Source of the DNA: Eukaryota sp. GEM-RC1
Taxonomy: Eukaryota
DNA length: 64,000 bases
Assembly: GCA_040285855.1 (NCBI GenBank)
Contig: JAUFOQ010000018.1
Coordinates: 1 to 64,000, forward strand
Reading direction: 5' to 3'
In this document: in pieces, positions 39,396 through 52,469 of the stretch
Position numbering within the stretch: the stretch's first letter is position 1
How the letters are laid out: each line of letters begins with the position of its first letter
The notes under the pieces: model-generated
Databases searched by the model: none
What the model was told of the DNA's origin: nothing
Seen by the model: the letters and a program-made list of their open reading frames with translations, nothing else
Program-made: the position numbers and the translations under genes

Positions 39396-40659
39396 ATTGA
39401 CAACTTGACTTGAACAAACCGAATCTGAAATCCATATTTGCTCATAAAAAGTATGATATTGTTGAATGGGTACCTGTAAAAATGAAATTAAGGTGATCTA
39501 ATTGCACCGCAGTAACCATCGATTTTTCTTGTTGATATGCCAAACAACACCAACAACAACAGTTCTAATTTTATATGATCTCATGTTTATAATAATTCAA
39601 CCAATTATACACAAGCCCAACTGTTGACTATGATATATAATGAATAACTAGTATAAGGTGACATGTAAGACCTAGAGTTTGTAGAACTGAGATAGATGAA
39701 ATTTTATGTAGATCAAATTTTTGGTTTTCCTTTGTCCCATTTGCGATTTCAATTTTTGGTAATAATGGTCCAGCAGGATAAACATAATATAGTAATTTTA
39801 ATGTTTTTTCGTTCTAACAGACAGGTCTTCAATGGCTTTGTATTGATTAATACAATTGTGTTTGTGCTTAATATACTTTGTGTTGTTCATTTCGTCGTTT
39901 TGCTTCGCCAGTTGGACTTTTAAAAGCCGTGTTGTTGTCTTATGTGTTTTAATATAATGAGAGTTGTTTTATCGGTAGTGATTTCTAGTTGATGTATTGT
40001 CAAAATGTCTGTCATTTGAGCTTAGTTCGAATGTTGACTCAAGCACAATGAGAATTCTTTCCTCTGAAGCGATATCCTCTGAAGTTCTCCAGTTTTTTGA
40101 AATAAAAATAGTGCTGATAGACAACAATGATTTTTGGGATGAAGCTACTGTAGTGTTGTTGTCAATAAATAGAATTATAGGAAAACAGTAAATGAGTGCC
40201 TCACATAAATAACATATAACAACTACAGTCTTGTCAAAAGAGGGGAAAGTATTAAGAAAAAAAGTTACATGTGTAATATTATGATAACATCTCAGAGTTT
40301 ATGAAAACTTTTAAAGTTTAACCCTTGTTTGTCATTGCCATATGACATCATGCCCAAGTAAGAAATCGAAATAATATTAATAACTGCTCAATATACTCAT
40401 ATTGATATCCATTTTTATGGATTCTCTCTTCGTTCCTTTTTGTCCTTTCAATGGCATGACCCAACTTTTCAGTTCTTTCTTGAAAGTGATCGTCGATATC
40501 CATGGTTTTCGTACATCTGGTTGCCAGTTGTTCTTTGGCTATGATCTTCAGTAGACCTTACACTATTCTTTCAATCGTTGACGATCGAGAATTCTGCTCG
40601 CTACTTTCACAACAGAGTTTCAAGTTATCTCATTGACATGATCCATGGCGTTAATAAGA

Positions 40660-40957
40660 ATTTTTTCCTATGACCACTGTTTTCATTTCCTCTTCGGTGA
40701 TGTATCCACAAGTTTACAAATCTCGAAATGACAACTGAAACTTATTTCCCAGATAAGTCCTATAAAACGAAAGCCAAGGCTCTACAGAACGCTATGTATA
40801 CTCATACTCAACAAGTATCTCAACTAGATCCACTATCTACTTACTCTCTATTCTTTAACTGGGTCTAGCGGTCAGAACTCCAGCACTCTATGTATTTCTC
40901 CTTCTTCAAACACTCGTCACGTGTTACCTACCCTTGTACTTAGAGCGGAAAGAACAG
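40660..40957 (+). repeat. ~300-bp segment repeated in inverted orientation at 45373-45660
   Basis: e.g. actcatactcaacaagtatctcaactagatccact matches the reverse complement of agtggatctagttgagatacttgttgagtatgagt. Confidence 0.9.
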
Positions 40958-42089
40958 ACTCAATAGGTTGTAAGTGCTCTCAACTTAATGATCAGTATTT
41001 TTTGAACTATCAAGTGGTCTTCTGGTTTATGTATGGGTTAGAATGTTATAACATGGGTATTGTACTGAAATTAAGGTGGTTTATGATGATAGTTACTAAT
41101 AATATACATAGACTCAATAGTCATAGTTTTCGATAGGGAAAACCCAGATCGCAACCTTTCAGTAGGCAAACCGAAAGATTTTTCTCTGGAATAAACACCC
41201 ATTTTTGTGTATTTCATACATTCTTATAATCTGACCTTAATATATGCTATCAGAATAATTGGGCACTCCTCCAACCATAGTTTAGAAGTACACTTTGCTG
41301 TATTTTGCTGTATTTTTTTAACTCGATTTAAATAATGTTTTTGTATTTTTAATTTTTTAGGAAGTTTATTTTTGACTATTGAAGTAGTCATTCGCCCTGA
41401 ATTATGCACATTTCTGTAATCGGAATAACTAATCAATCAATAATCAGTAACATTAAGCTACGGCTCTATTTGACAAATACAACATTCATGGTCATCATCT
41501 ATGAAACACAATTTTATTTGTCTAGAACCGTTGATCTTGCAACTTTTGGTCAATAATATGATCTGATCAATTGGGATTGTTTGTGTGTCGAACATGATCA
41601 AAATATGCAATCATAGACACTAAAATGGAGACCGATACACTTTGCAAATGATGAACACTCAATGTAGGTGGTAAATCAGAAAAATTGGAAAAATTTGGGT
41701 TATAAGATATGATTAGAACTGATCATAGCTCTTTAGATTGATTGGTGATACTAAGATGCAATTCTAATACTTCTGCAAAGAAAAGTTACAAAAAAATCAT
41801 TTTGTTAGAAATTTGCTTTTTTGGGTATTTTTATATTTTTATATTTTATTTTCGGAGGTGAAGTATTTCCCAATAATGCCTTCAACACTAAGGAAATGAA
41901 CTATCAACCAGGTCGTAAGCCAATGTAAAGAGGCCTTGGGCACTACAAGCTACATAGTGTGGTAGTGTTAGGATATATTCCGAATTGCGTTTACAAAATT
42001 GTTGTAACTCGGGAGCCGCGTGATGTACTTGCGGCTAACGAGCTATATACATTTTAATTCAATTGTAAAGTTTTTGTTTAATGCTGATA

Positions 42090-44230
42090 TGGATGTCGCT
42101 TCTGTTTGTATGTATTTGTTGTTGTTGCCCAAGTTGTCATTTGTATAATGGAAGTTGGATCTAGTCATTACTTGTAAAACACTACATTATGTTTTTCCCT
42201 TTCCTTCTGGTGTTTGAATCACATTTATTTTCTATTAGTAGTTGATGATACTAATTCTATATCCAAGTTGATTGAGGCAACTACTTCTCGGAATTAGGTA
42301 GTTTTTTTGATAATTTGTTTTAATTGTCTTTATTTATTTGCTGTTTTCTGGTCGTGCGGTATGCTTCACACATAAATCCGCTGTTATTCTGTACCCAAAT
42401 TTCACTTTAAAAACAGGATTAGAAAAGTGGATTACCTTATCAAGGCTAACGAAAAGTCTAAAACCTTTGCTCTTTTATCTAGTCCACAGACTGCTATTTC
42501 TTTATCTCCAGATGAGATTTATAACAAGTTAAAGGATATGAATCCTGAATCTCAAAAACTGTTTATTAAGAATAATACTATTCCAGCTGGTATTACACTA
42601 GCAGAAGTTGAAGCGTCATTTGCTTCGATTTCTCAAACCTCAAAAGGTGGTGTTTCTCTTTGGAACAGTGAACTTATTTCTAATTTTTAAAAACCAAATT
42701 TTATCAAATTGTATTTCAATTTATCAACATTAGTTCTGAGTAATTCTGTTCCTCGGGAGTTGCACAAAGCGTTGACTTCGTCGTTTAGTGCCAATTCCAA
42801 AAAGGCTGGGACCAAAATTCGACCCATTTGTGCCCCAGAACTTTTTTATAAAATTACTTCAAAGTCTTTGGCCTTAACTCTTAACAGTTCAGATCTTGCT
42901 TTAGCTGGCCAACTTGGCGTTAAGGTAGAATCTGGAACTGAGTCCATTATTAATGAGACTTTAAAATCAGGTCAGAACTCAAAATGCCTGAAAATTGACG
43001 TGGAGAATGCCTTCAACTCCATTTCCCGTCAACACTTATTTAATATTTTAAAAACTCAAAATTCCATAATTTTTTTAATTTTGCTTATGGAATTTCTTCT
43101 GAGCAAATCTTTCAAAATTTTATTAAAATTTTATTATTTTTTCTAAATCTGGAGTACGTCAAGGAGACCCAATGTGTTCGTATCTCTTCTCGTTGGGTAT
43201 TGATCCAGTAATTTCTAAAATCAGGGAATCTTTTCCTGATATTGCTGTTTTGCCTATTTGGATGATATTTTTGTATTGTCCAAAAACCAAAGGGACTTGA
43301 ATGAATCTTTGAACTCCTTTTCAGTTGAATTTTCAGAAATTAATTTAAAAATCAATCAATCGAAGTGTAAAATTCTATCCTTAGACAATCCAGGCGAAGT
43401 GCTTGGTGGATATGTTGGCAGTAATATTGAAAAATTTGTTGTCGACAAGGTGGAGTCTATTCTTCGCTCTATTCAATTAACTTCTTGTCTTTCTTTTCAA
43501 AACGCTTTTCTCTTAATTAAGGAATGCATCAATACGAAAGTTAATTGGATAGCAAGAACCACCAATTATGTTTTTACAGCTTCTGCATTTAATGATCTTT
43601 TTCATTCAATTGTGGAAGCATTGGAGCTTCGTCTAGGTTCTACTATTATATTTAAAGACATAACTTCTTTACCAAAAAGAAAATGCTGAGACCAATCACT
43701 TGGAATTTATCTCGTCATTGGCTCCGTCCTTTGTGACGATTAATAATTATATATTAAATGATCCTGAGTATTTCAATGCTGATTTTGTTCAGTCCATTGC
43801 ATCTTCAGTTGAAGAGTTCTTATACTCAAAGGACACTGGAATAGATTCTGTTCGTCCCAGTGAAAGGTTGTCAAAAATTTCTATCTAAAACAATTTTTGT
43901 AGAGAAATCAATTGACTCCTTCCATTTTATTAGACAACAATTTCCACTTGTTGATCATGATATTGATCAACTGTTTAGACAGAAAAGCATGCTGTTTCTT
44001 ACATGTGTTCCTGAGGAGAGAATTTTTACTTTTTCTAATGATTATTTTTCAATTTACCTGTCAGCTCATTTGCTTTTACTTAAAACCTCTAAGTCTAACT
44101 GAGGCTGACCACAGAGGACGTAGCTTGGTTTGTAAGGAGAAGGGTTCAGAAATTTTTCATGCCTTTAATTGTAGTAATACAAATCAGCTAAGAATCCAGA
44201 GGTAAGATGACGTGATTATCGCCAGTTTAT
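42090..44230 (+). mobile_element. Frameshifted CRE-clade non-LTR retrotransposon (RT plus zinc knuckle; RLE core missing)
   Basis: KIRPI, GQLGVKVESGTE, KIDVENAFNSISR, GVRQGDP, (Y)LDDIFV, INQSKC, LGGYVG, TSLP, HAFNC...R*DDV. Confidence 0.92.
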
Positions 44231-44395
44231 TGTTGAATCCAACATCAACAAAAGTTGAAGGTAGTCACCTCATCAACGATTGTAAGTGGTAATATCGTGG
44301 TTGAAAAGTAACGATTCTAAGTTGTTGTTACTGTAAATTCTCACATAGTATCAGAAAATCTGAAGGTTTTGAAATAGTATCATCATAGTCACATC

Positions 44396-44456
44396 AATCA
44401 AAAGAGATTCTGAGTAGTTGAACTTACTTCTTCCACCGAATAGAATCACTAAATGT
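44396..44456 (+). repeat. Dispersed ~65-bp motif, copy 3
   Basis: gattctgagtag...cttccaccgaatagaatcactaaatg shared with copy 1. Confidence 0.85.
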
Positions 44457-47400
44457 TGACCATTAAAAACTGATTGACAAACATTGGCTTGAAAAAAATA
44501 TTCAATGTAAAATCTTTAAATTTAAAATCTAAGATAATTGAACAATATTCAAACTGTTGAGTACATTCTTTTGACGTACGATGGAACCTCCTTACAACTA
44601 AGACGATGTAAGGAGGTTCCAGATGGAAATTCAGTGACAAAGTTCTCCCATTTGTTTTCTTCCTTGATCTGTTAAGAATGAGATGTCCATGAATAGTTCA
44701 GAAGTGGTAGATATGAAAGTAAGGTTGAGACAGTAAGTCATGAGTGTGGATGTTTCACACCGAAGTAGAGAAAAGGGAAAAGTTACACAAATACTGTAGG
44801 ATCACCATAGGATTTCTCGAAGGATTTCAATCTCTAATGACACTTAGTTGTAGAACATTGAGTCATGTCATGATGTCTATGTGTAGTTGTTACCTTAATA
44901 AACGTCTTTGATGACGTCATCAAACCTGATTGACTTCCAAAAACTACCAAAGACCGTTAAAATTGAACAAGAGATCGTCATTCAAGATTCTTTTGATCTT
45001 CACGGATTCTTGCTATACAATATTGTACATTTGGTTTTTAGTTCGAATTAAAATGATTCAATGTCGTTGATGTAATACGATGAAAACATTTCTAAGAATC
45101 ATTAGATTTAAAAAGGTTGATCTCGGATGCTGACGTGATTACTCACGTGTACCGGTCACAGCGATGAAATTGAAGTGGCAAACTTCAGTAACATTCGAAT
45201 AAGACAATCGGAGTCACAATCATCACAATCGACATCCAACAACGTCATCAACAGCAGAAACACATACGATACTTGCGATTGAACATCGTCATATCTAGAA
45301 GACCAGTTATTAGTTCAAAGAATCCTGATCGCTAAGTTGAGATCACAGTCAATCTATTGCTGATCAAGAACATCTGTTGTTCCGGCTCTAAGTAGAAGGG
45401 GAGGTAACACGTAGAGAAGACTTGAATGTTGGAAGAAGGAGAAATAGAAATACTGCTGAGCTAGACCCAGTCAAAGAATAGAGAGTAAGTAGAAAGTGGA
45501 TCTAGTTGAGATACTTGTTGAGTATGAGTGGACATTGCGTTCTGCAGAGCCTTGGCTTTCGTTTCATAAAACATATGACATATAGTTGTCTCTTCCAGAT
45601 TTGTAAACGTGTGGATACATCACCGAAGAGGAAATGAAAACAGCGTTCATAGGAAGAAAATTGTTGCTAAGATCTGCTTCAAATGAGGCCAAACACGTGA
45701 CCAGAAGATGTAGTGAGATGGATCATTACCATAGATGGTAAGGCTCCAGATCTGAGTGTTGTTATGAAGCAGTTGTTGTAATGAGATGACTTCTGAACTC
45801 CAAAAAACCGAATGCTCACTCTTCTCATCATACTATAAACACCAACACCAACTATCGAACTTTCTGAACTTTACATGACTTCTTATGACCAACGATTGTA
45901 CCTTTTTGGTCTCAAACACACCATCTTCCTAGTCCCAACTAATTCTTCTTGATCTGATCCTCCAACATCAGCAAGAATTCTGACTATACACCCTAATGTG
46001 CTAGCGGAATGTTCAGAACATCAGACTATACATTATGACTAAAGAGCCATATAGACGATCAGTATCATGTTGTTGAAAACGAAGAAAGAATTGGAATACA
46101 GGGGAATGGACTGTCTTTGATGGATTTTCTTATCGATATATCCTTCTAGTGAATAGAGACACTGTTTCGGATAATTGAATCAGGATCCTGAATAGTGCTG
46201 TAGTACTTGAAGAGTTGAGTCCGCCTCTACATGAACTGGCGTCTTTCCTATATCTTATTGTCCTTGATTCATAAATCACATCCATAAGACATCACGAATT
46301 TAGTTTCAGATACAAATCTATAATACAAATCATACATCCCAACTCATAGTTTTGGCGAGTCTTCACAAATAAACTGCTTTATAAACACAAGTAATCTGAT
46401 TATGGGTCACATCCACACTTCCAGCCACTGTTGAAATATGTATTTAAGAAGGGTGAAACTCCAATGTCAGTCTAGAATTCATTTTCTGTAATGGAAACAA
46501 CCAGATCTTATGAGATTCACTCCTTGTTTCACTATTTAGGCTACCTACAAGCTGTAAGAGACAACTAGCGGCATCTGATACAGATAACGATGATTTTCAT
46601 CTACACATGATCTCACTTCAATAGAATGCCTTCACAAGACAAAGTCTATTCAACTTGTTCTACCCAACTATCCGATCAACTTCTTTTTGGACATGCATCT
46701 TTTGGGATAGAAACATTCACAGATCGGTCTCACATTGTTTTCTTCTTACTCTTCCCGCCAATCAAAGAAGCTTCTCTATCAAGCTTTTCTCCATCAACAC
46801 TCCTGGACAAACGTATCTTTCTGCCACCACTCTGCTTTCTTCGTAGTCTCATTGTGTTCAACAGCGGAAACGTCTCTGCCAAATACTCGAAGGCTGTTGC
46901 CACGTATTCCAAAAGAAGCAACATAGAGAAAGACTTCCTCAGTGCTTCTTCTCTAACTAAAGGATGTTGAAGGAAGCTCTGCTCCTTGACCCCCCCCCGA
47001 CCCCCCCTTGACTACTGTTGAGTGATCTTTGCTCATTTACTGCTCTTTTATAACAATTCTTTTCTCAATCACACGTCTGTAAGTCTTCCTCTTCTTTTGG
47101 AAAGTTCTCCCTCTTAATCATACTTTCTGTGATCTCTTCTAAATCAATTTACTCTATTGATTGACAGTCACGTGATTGTATCTCAGAGATCACGTTTTGA
47201 TCGGTAAGTTAATTAATTTAACGAAACTGACTTGTGAATGAGTAATACTTCAAAATTTGAGTATTTTGTCTGATTTTCCCCAGTCTGATAACATCAAACA
47301 CTTACTTGTCTGACAAAAACAACATTCTTAGTTGTTAGAGAGGAATTTTTAAAAAGTATTTGAAATGATCAACATATTGGTATCCTCTTGGATAACACTT

Positions 47401-47595
47401 TATTTCTAAAAATGTTTTCCCCCCAAAATTTCACTATTTTACAGCTAAGAATACCTAGAAAAATTTTAAATTTCTAACAATTTACTTTGGACGATGTCTT
47501 TGTTAAGTTTTTTTCCAACATTCGATTTTTTTGCTACATCAAATTCTCTCGCTTCAAAACTTTTCTGCATTTTTATTTTTATGTCTCATTTCATT

Positions 47596-47658
47596 CCGTC
47601 ATTTAGTGATTCTATTAAGTACAAAAAGTAATTTTTCCTACTCAGAATCTCTTCTTGA
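47596..47658 (-). repeat. Dispersed ~65-bp motif, copy 4
   Basis: gtcatttagtgattctatt...aaaaagtaa...ctactcagaatctcttcttga. Confidence 0.85.
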
Positions 47659-48169
47659 CCTCATGAACTCATTTGTTTTATTTCAAATAGTTAACAAGTT
47701 TATATTAAGATGATTGTTTTTATTAAAATGAAAGTTCATCATCATAATCTGTAGCAGCGGACCACAGTAGGGGCAAGACGGAACTGGCAGTGAGGGTCTG
47801 TATGATTTCCTGGGGAAGGCTCGGGGTAATCTTCTTCAGCAGGTTCAGAGGCGCGAACTCTAGAGACATAGGCTTGTAGTTCTGCAAGGAATATACTCTT
47901 TTCGGAAAAATTCCAGTTGGCCATCTCAGATTCTAGAACCGTACCCACTACACTACCATGTTCTGCACTATTCAAGTGTCTTTGCTGATGGAGTGTTGGT
48001 GAGGTAGGTAAGGTTCTACCAGAAACACCTGATTTTCCTATGGGACAGGATAGAGGGAAGAGATTTCACGTTCCCAGCGTAGAAGAAGTAGCTGCGGAAC
48101 GACTTTTGGAGGAGTTAGAAGTATAGGAAAGTTTTAGATTTGGAATTGGAAGAAGACTTCAAAAGGTTG

Positions 48170-49140
48170 ATACACTTATAATACGTTTTATTTTTGCGTC
48201 AAAAGATGAACAATACGCTCATTTCCATTACGGATAATTTGATTTGTTCTTTTAAACAAACGTCACCTATTTGTATTTGGAACATCAAACAACTTACCTA
48301 ATCGATGTCCCAAGTTCTCGTAACAAACAAGGAACAACTGTAAATCTTACAGATTTTCGATAGATCTGAGAAACCAAAACCACCCATCCTAATTGGAAGG
48401 GACAAAATTGATTGTCGGTTTCTAATCATATCCAACTTTAGTTGACTTAAGGTAAAAACATGTAACTCATTAGCAAATCTCTGCAGCGTATCTTCAATTG
48501 CGTCATATTCCAACGTCCGACAAGAATACATCAACCTTGAGTTAATGCAATGTCGAATAAACAACATCTGTGCTTGCAAAGGTAACTTTTTTAAATTGAA
48601 CAAGACATGTCGAATATTAGTATCAATATAATCGTTGAGATACATACAATCCCAATCTCAAATCACTTGAACCGATTGCTGAACCCAAATGGCTTTTGGT
48701 AATATACAATGTTACAGTTACCATCAAATACCTTGGTTTTCTCCTGATTTATGGTCAAACCAATGTCAGCGAACCAAGATTCAATTTGTGCAATAACAGA
48801 CTGAACATCAATATCATCCTTACAAAGGACGTATGTGTCATCCAGGTATGAATATACTTCCAAATCCAAAGATTGTATTTTTTTCAGAACATCAATGGTA
48901 CCAATACCATTGAAGAAAAGCTGAGATGGACGGCCATATAACCATTGGTAAAATGGAATTAAAAAAATGAAAATCAGGATCAGCCAATAATGAATTGTAA
49001 ATGGTCTTTCGACTGATCATGTTAAAAGCATTCTTGATATCAAGGCTGATGCATTTCGAATAGGTTTGATTCTTGAAGTTTTGCCTCAAAAGATGGACTA
49101 TATTTTCAGTTCACGTCAACTTGGTATTCTCAAGTCGTGA
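48170..49140 (-). mobile_element. Decayed CRE-clade reverse transcriptase fragment
   Basis: SLDIKNAFNMISR, YSYLDDTYV, GLTINQEKT and LSLPIRMGGFG in three broken ORFs. Confidence 0.9.
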
Positions 49141-50649
49141 CGCGTCATTTGACAACCCTACTTTTTTTAAGTTGAAAAGTTGGAATCATGATTTTGTGGA
49201 ACATCACATTCTTTCAAGGCCTTATACTAAACAAAAAGAGGCCTTGTAAAACCAAACAAATAAACAACAAATACAATCAAAGTAGCAAGTTCTGTTAAAA
49301 TTGAATAGCAGCGTGTATACTGTATGTAAAAGAATTGCTATATCGTCTCCAAAGCATTGTTTACAGTTAGTTCCTTCTATGAGGCTAAAGCAGTTGTAAG
49401 ATTTGTTAGCGATGGATGTTAGTTTTAATAGTATAGAATTGTAGTTATTTGATAAATATATATATTATAAAAAAATCAAAATAGTATAATGACAAGCTAT
49501 TTGTTATGATGTTGTATTTTGTTCTATTATCTGTATCATCTGTTTTTCAATTCGGAGAGTTCTTGTTTGTTTCAAGTATGGTTAATATCTCAAAAATGGT
49601 GTCAATTATGTCACCAGATCCATCAGTGTTGTCAGTGTTAGTAGATGTCTCTGATTGTCATTCTTTAAAAAACTTGGTAAAATGGACTTTTGAGTATTAA
49701 TCTGATATATTTTCCAAATATTCTTCTAATCAATATTGATTTACTGGAGTTACTCGGTGGTTCCTAAAATTTTCGCAAATCTGGTCCTTGTCTGAACCAA
49801 ACTTGAGCATATAGTACCATAAGTGGACTGATACACTGCTAGAGACGAGGTGAATCGACTTATTGTCAGATTCATCAGCTCATGGGTCACAAATGTTCCA
49901 GATCAGTCCTTTTCACCTGAATGCAACGTATCTACTCTTTCCAGAGGTCAGAAGCTAGTAGAGGGTTACTCCTCTTATATAAACTTGTACAAACTTCTAT
50001 ATCAAATCAAATCTGTTGGTGTCATCAATCAGTATTTCATGTGGCACCGAACTGCCGTTTCCCTATAGAATCTGACAAGCACTGTTTTTCCTGTAAAATC
50101 TGCCAGTCACTGCTTTTCCTATCCCAAAACTAATTGAAAAAGATGTTTTTTCAATAACTTTTACTGTAGCTTGAAGAATACACTTTACAACCTTTGGCAC
50201 ATTGTAGAGACAATGAGGTTGTGTAAGTAAAACCTTGCAGATAGCTTCAATCTTAGACATATATCGTTCTACATATTGTTCTGTTCCTTAGTTTTTTCTT
50301 TTCAGAGCCCAAATTGTATATTGCACAGTGTTTAGGGAGCATTTTGGTATAACGGAACACTGCCTTCAATAAATTAGGCACACTGCGATTGTCATTCATT
50401 TTGAATTATATTATAACGGATGCTCTTCCACAACTTCGATACAGAGAGCAACATTTGACACTGTAAATGTCCATCACACCGCTACTTCAATTAAACACAT
50501 GTCTTCATATGTAAAGAAAAAGTTCATATATCAAAAAGCCGATGTTGGTTGAGAGAAATACTGAGATGGTGGATTGTCTCGATCCCCAAGCAAAGAGTCA
50601 AAGTCAGGAACATAAATGTAGATGAAGTTATGCTTTATGAAAAGAGCAA

Positions 50650-51950
50650 ATCCCATGGCAACGTGGAGGAAGTGTTTCTCTTAAACAACTTTTGGGCTTA
50701 GAGATGCCACTTACAAGCTTGTTATCCAAACGCATGTGTTTTCGTTTTCAGGTGAACGATGTGTGTGTTATGTTTAGAGTTTTTGTACAAACCTAACAGC
50801 CCTCGCCAATTATTGAAAATGAATCCGTTAAAAAATGTTAAGTGGCTGAATTTAAATTTTAAACTTTACTGCTAGAAGACAATGAGACAGCACTCAACAG
50901 AGACTGGTTGTTAACAAATTCTTCAACAAAAGACCACCAACGGGGTTTTTATCGTCCGGCTATGGTATAAGCGATCACGTCAGCGTAACAGCAGCATCAT
51001 ATCATCCAAAATTGTTGTCTTACTATATTGCGTTTTTAGTCAGTTGTGGTAAGTTGTCAATTTTACCAGTCTCAATTGAAAATGTAATTAAATGTATCTA
51101 ATATATCTAATATATATTATGTTATAAATTAACGAAATACAAACAAAAATGTTGTATTCAAAATTTATATTTGTTCAATTTGTTACGTCTGTTTTCGGTA
51201 ATCATATGAAATGGCTTCCCGGCTTTTAACCCGGCTTTTGATTTTGGGTAAGCGTACAAGCTTCAGAATAGAGAACTTATCAATTTGACCAAACAATTGC
51301 AATTTTTTAAGTTCCGATCGATGCTTAAGTATATGATGCCATGTAAGTGTATTCCCCAGTATTGAAATCTTCGTCGTTCTGCCACTGACAGTGATTTCTG
51401 CAAAAATATCAAAACAAAACTCTTTTTGTATTCAACAAAACGCATAGAAGCCGGAGAGGAATTTTATTTGAATTACAATGGGTCATCTCATAAGTTGAAA
51501 TATTGAAATATGGAATATAATTATGGAACATTTCGTGAATGGAAAATTAGTTCTATACCATTAACAGAGATGGTTGGCCAACAACCAGACGATTGTTCCT
51601 AACATTGCAAAAGAAATCAATGTTAGTGTTGAGAGGGCTCTTGAGTACACAACTCTTAACACACGCAATGATTTATTTGAAGTCCCTCGTAAAAGTGACC
51701 ATTACTAGAGGGTGAACATAAAAGGATTGTTTAAGATGAGATATCCATGTTTACATGTTGCTGCTGCATTAATGAATGTGATGATTTCTTATGCGGAAAT
51801 GTACAAGACGTCTATTGTACATCCCAGATGCAAAGACCGGTGGGGTGATATAGTCCGACCATTGAGCCCTCCAGTGCGAAACAGAGAAGAGCTGGTCGTC
51901 CATCTGAGAAATAAAAGAAGGTATTTATGGAGAGCATCTGTAGTTTAAAG
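50650..51950 (+). pseudogene. Probable Mutator/MULE transposase relic
   Basis: DATYKL at ~50703 (MULE first-Asp motif), LYCVF at ~51020 (CxxH-like), and SWIM-like F-x-x-x-YPCLHVAAA in ORF 51712-51948, in the expected order. Heavily broken. Confidence 0.5.
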
Positions 51951-52172
51951 TGATTCAAAACTTTTGAAGTAGCATATAAAGAGATTTATTTGAAAGAGTG
52001 GTCATCAAGGTCATAAACAATCAACTGTTGTGGTATGAAGATAATTATGATTTGAAAACAATGTCTTGATCAAACATCTGTGAAGCGGTTCAACAGGGTT
52101 GAAAACGAGGTAATTGAAGTCATTTTTGTACTCATTTGCTTGTTTAGTCATTAAAGTCAGCAATTGTATTTA

Positions 52173-52246
52173 TAACACATTTCCACACCCGATGTAACAC
52201 ATTTCCACACCCGATGTAACACATTTCCACACCGAAATGTGTTATA
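52173..52246. repeat. 22-bp tandem repeat (~x2.8) ending in a fold-back
   Basis: taacacatttccacacccgatg twice, then taacacatttc-cacacc-gaaatgtgtta. Confidence 0.9.
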
Positions 52247-52469
52247 TGATGGACTAAGTGCAACATTCGATAACTCGTACAAAAAGTTTGGACTTTAGTC
52301 TACCTAATTAAAGTTACTGAGAGTTGAATGTAGGTTCAAAACATCCTAGAGAAAACTATAAGGGCAGATCATGATGCTTTAGACACGTGCCAAAACCATA
52401 GCTTGAAATTATGAACTGGAAAAATAATTATTTTACTTTATTATTAGACTTTATCACAAAAGCATAATT

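Larger units (their letters stand above)
37618..39420 (+). repeat. Inverted, diverged orphan copy of rDNA spacer (~10270-10980) carrying two insertions
   Basis: Colinear reverse-complement match, e.g. agtagtaagtagaaccaatattgggcttaaatcttggtaccaatcaaaatt and caacttgacttgaacaaacc. Confidence 0.92.

Noticed and set aside
49500..50300. Possible coding remnant
   Set aside because: Short broken ORFs with no motif I can identify.
52173..52246. CRISPR-like array
   Set aside because: Head-to-tail repeats with no spacers, in a eukaryotic context with no cas genes.
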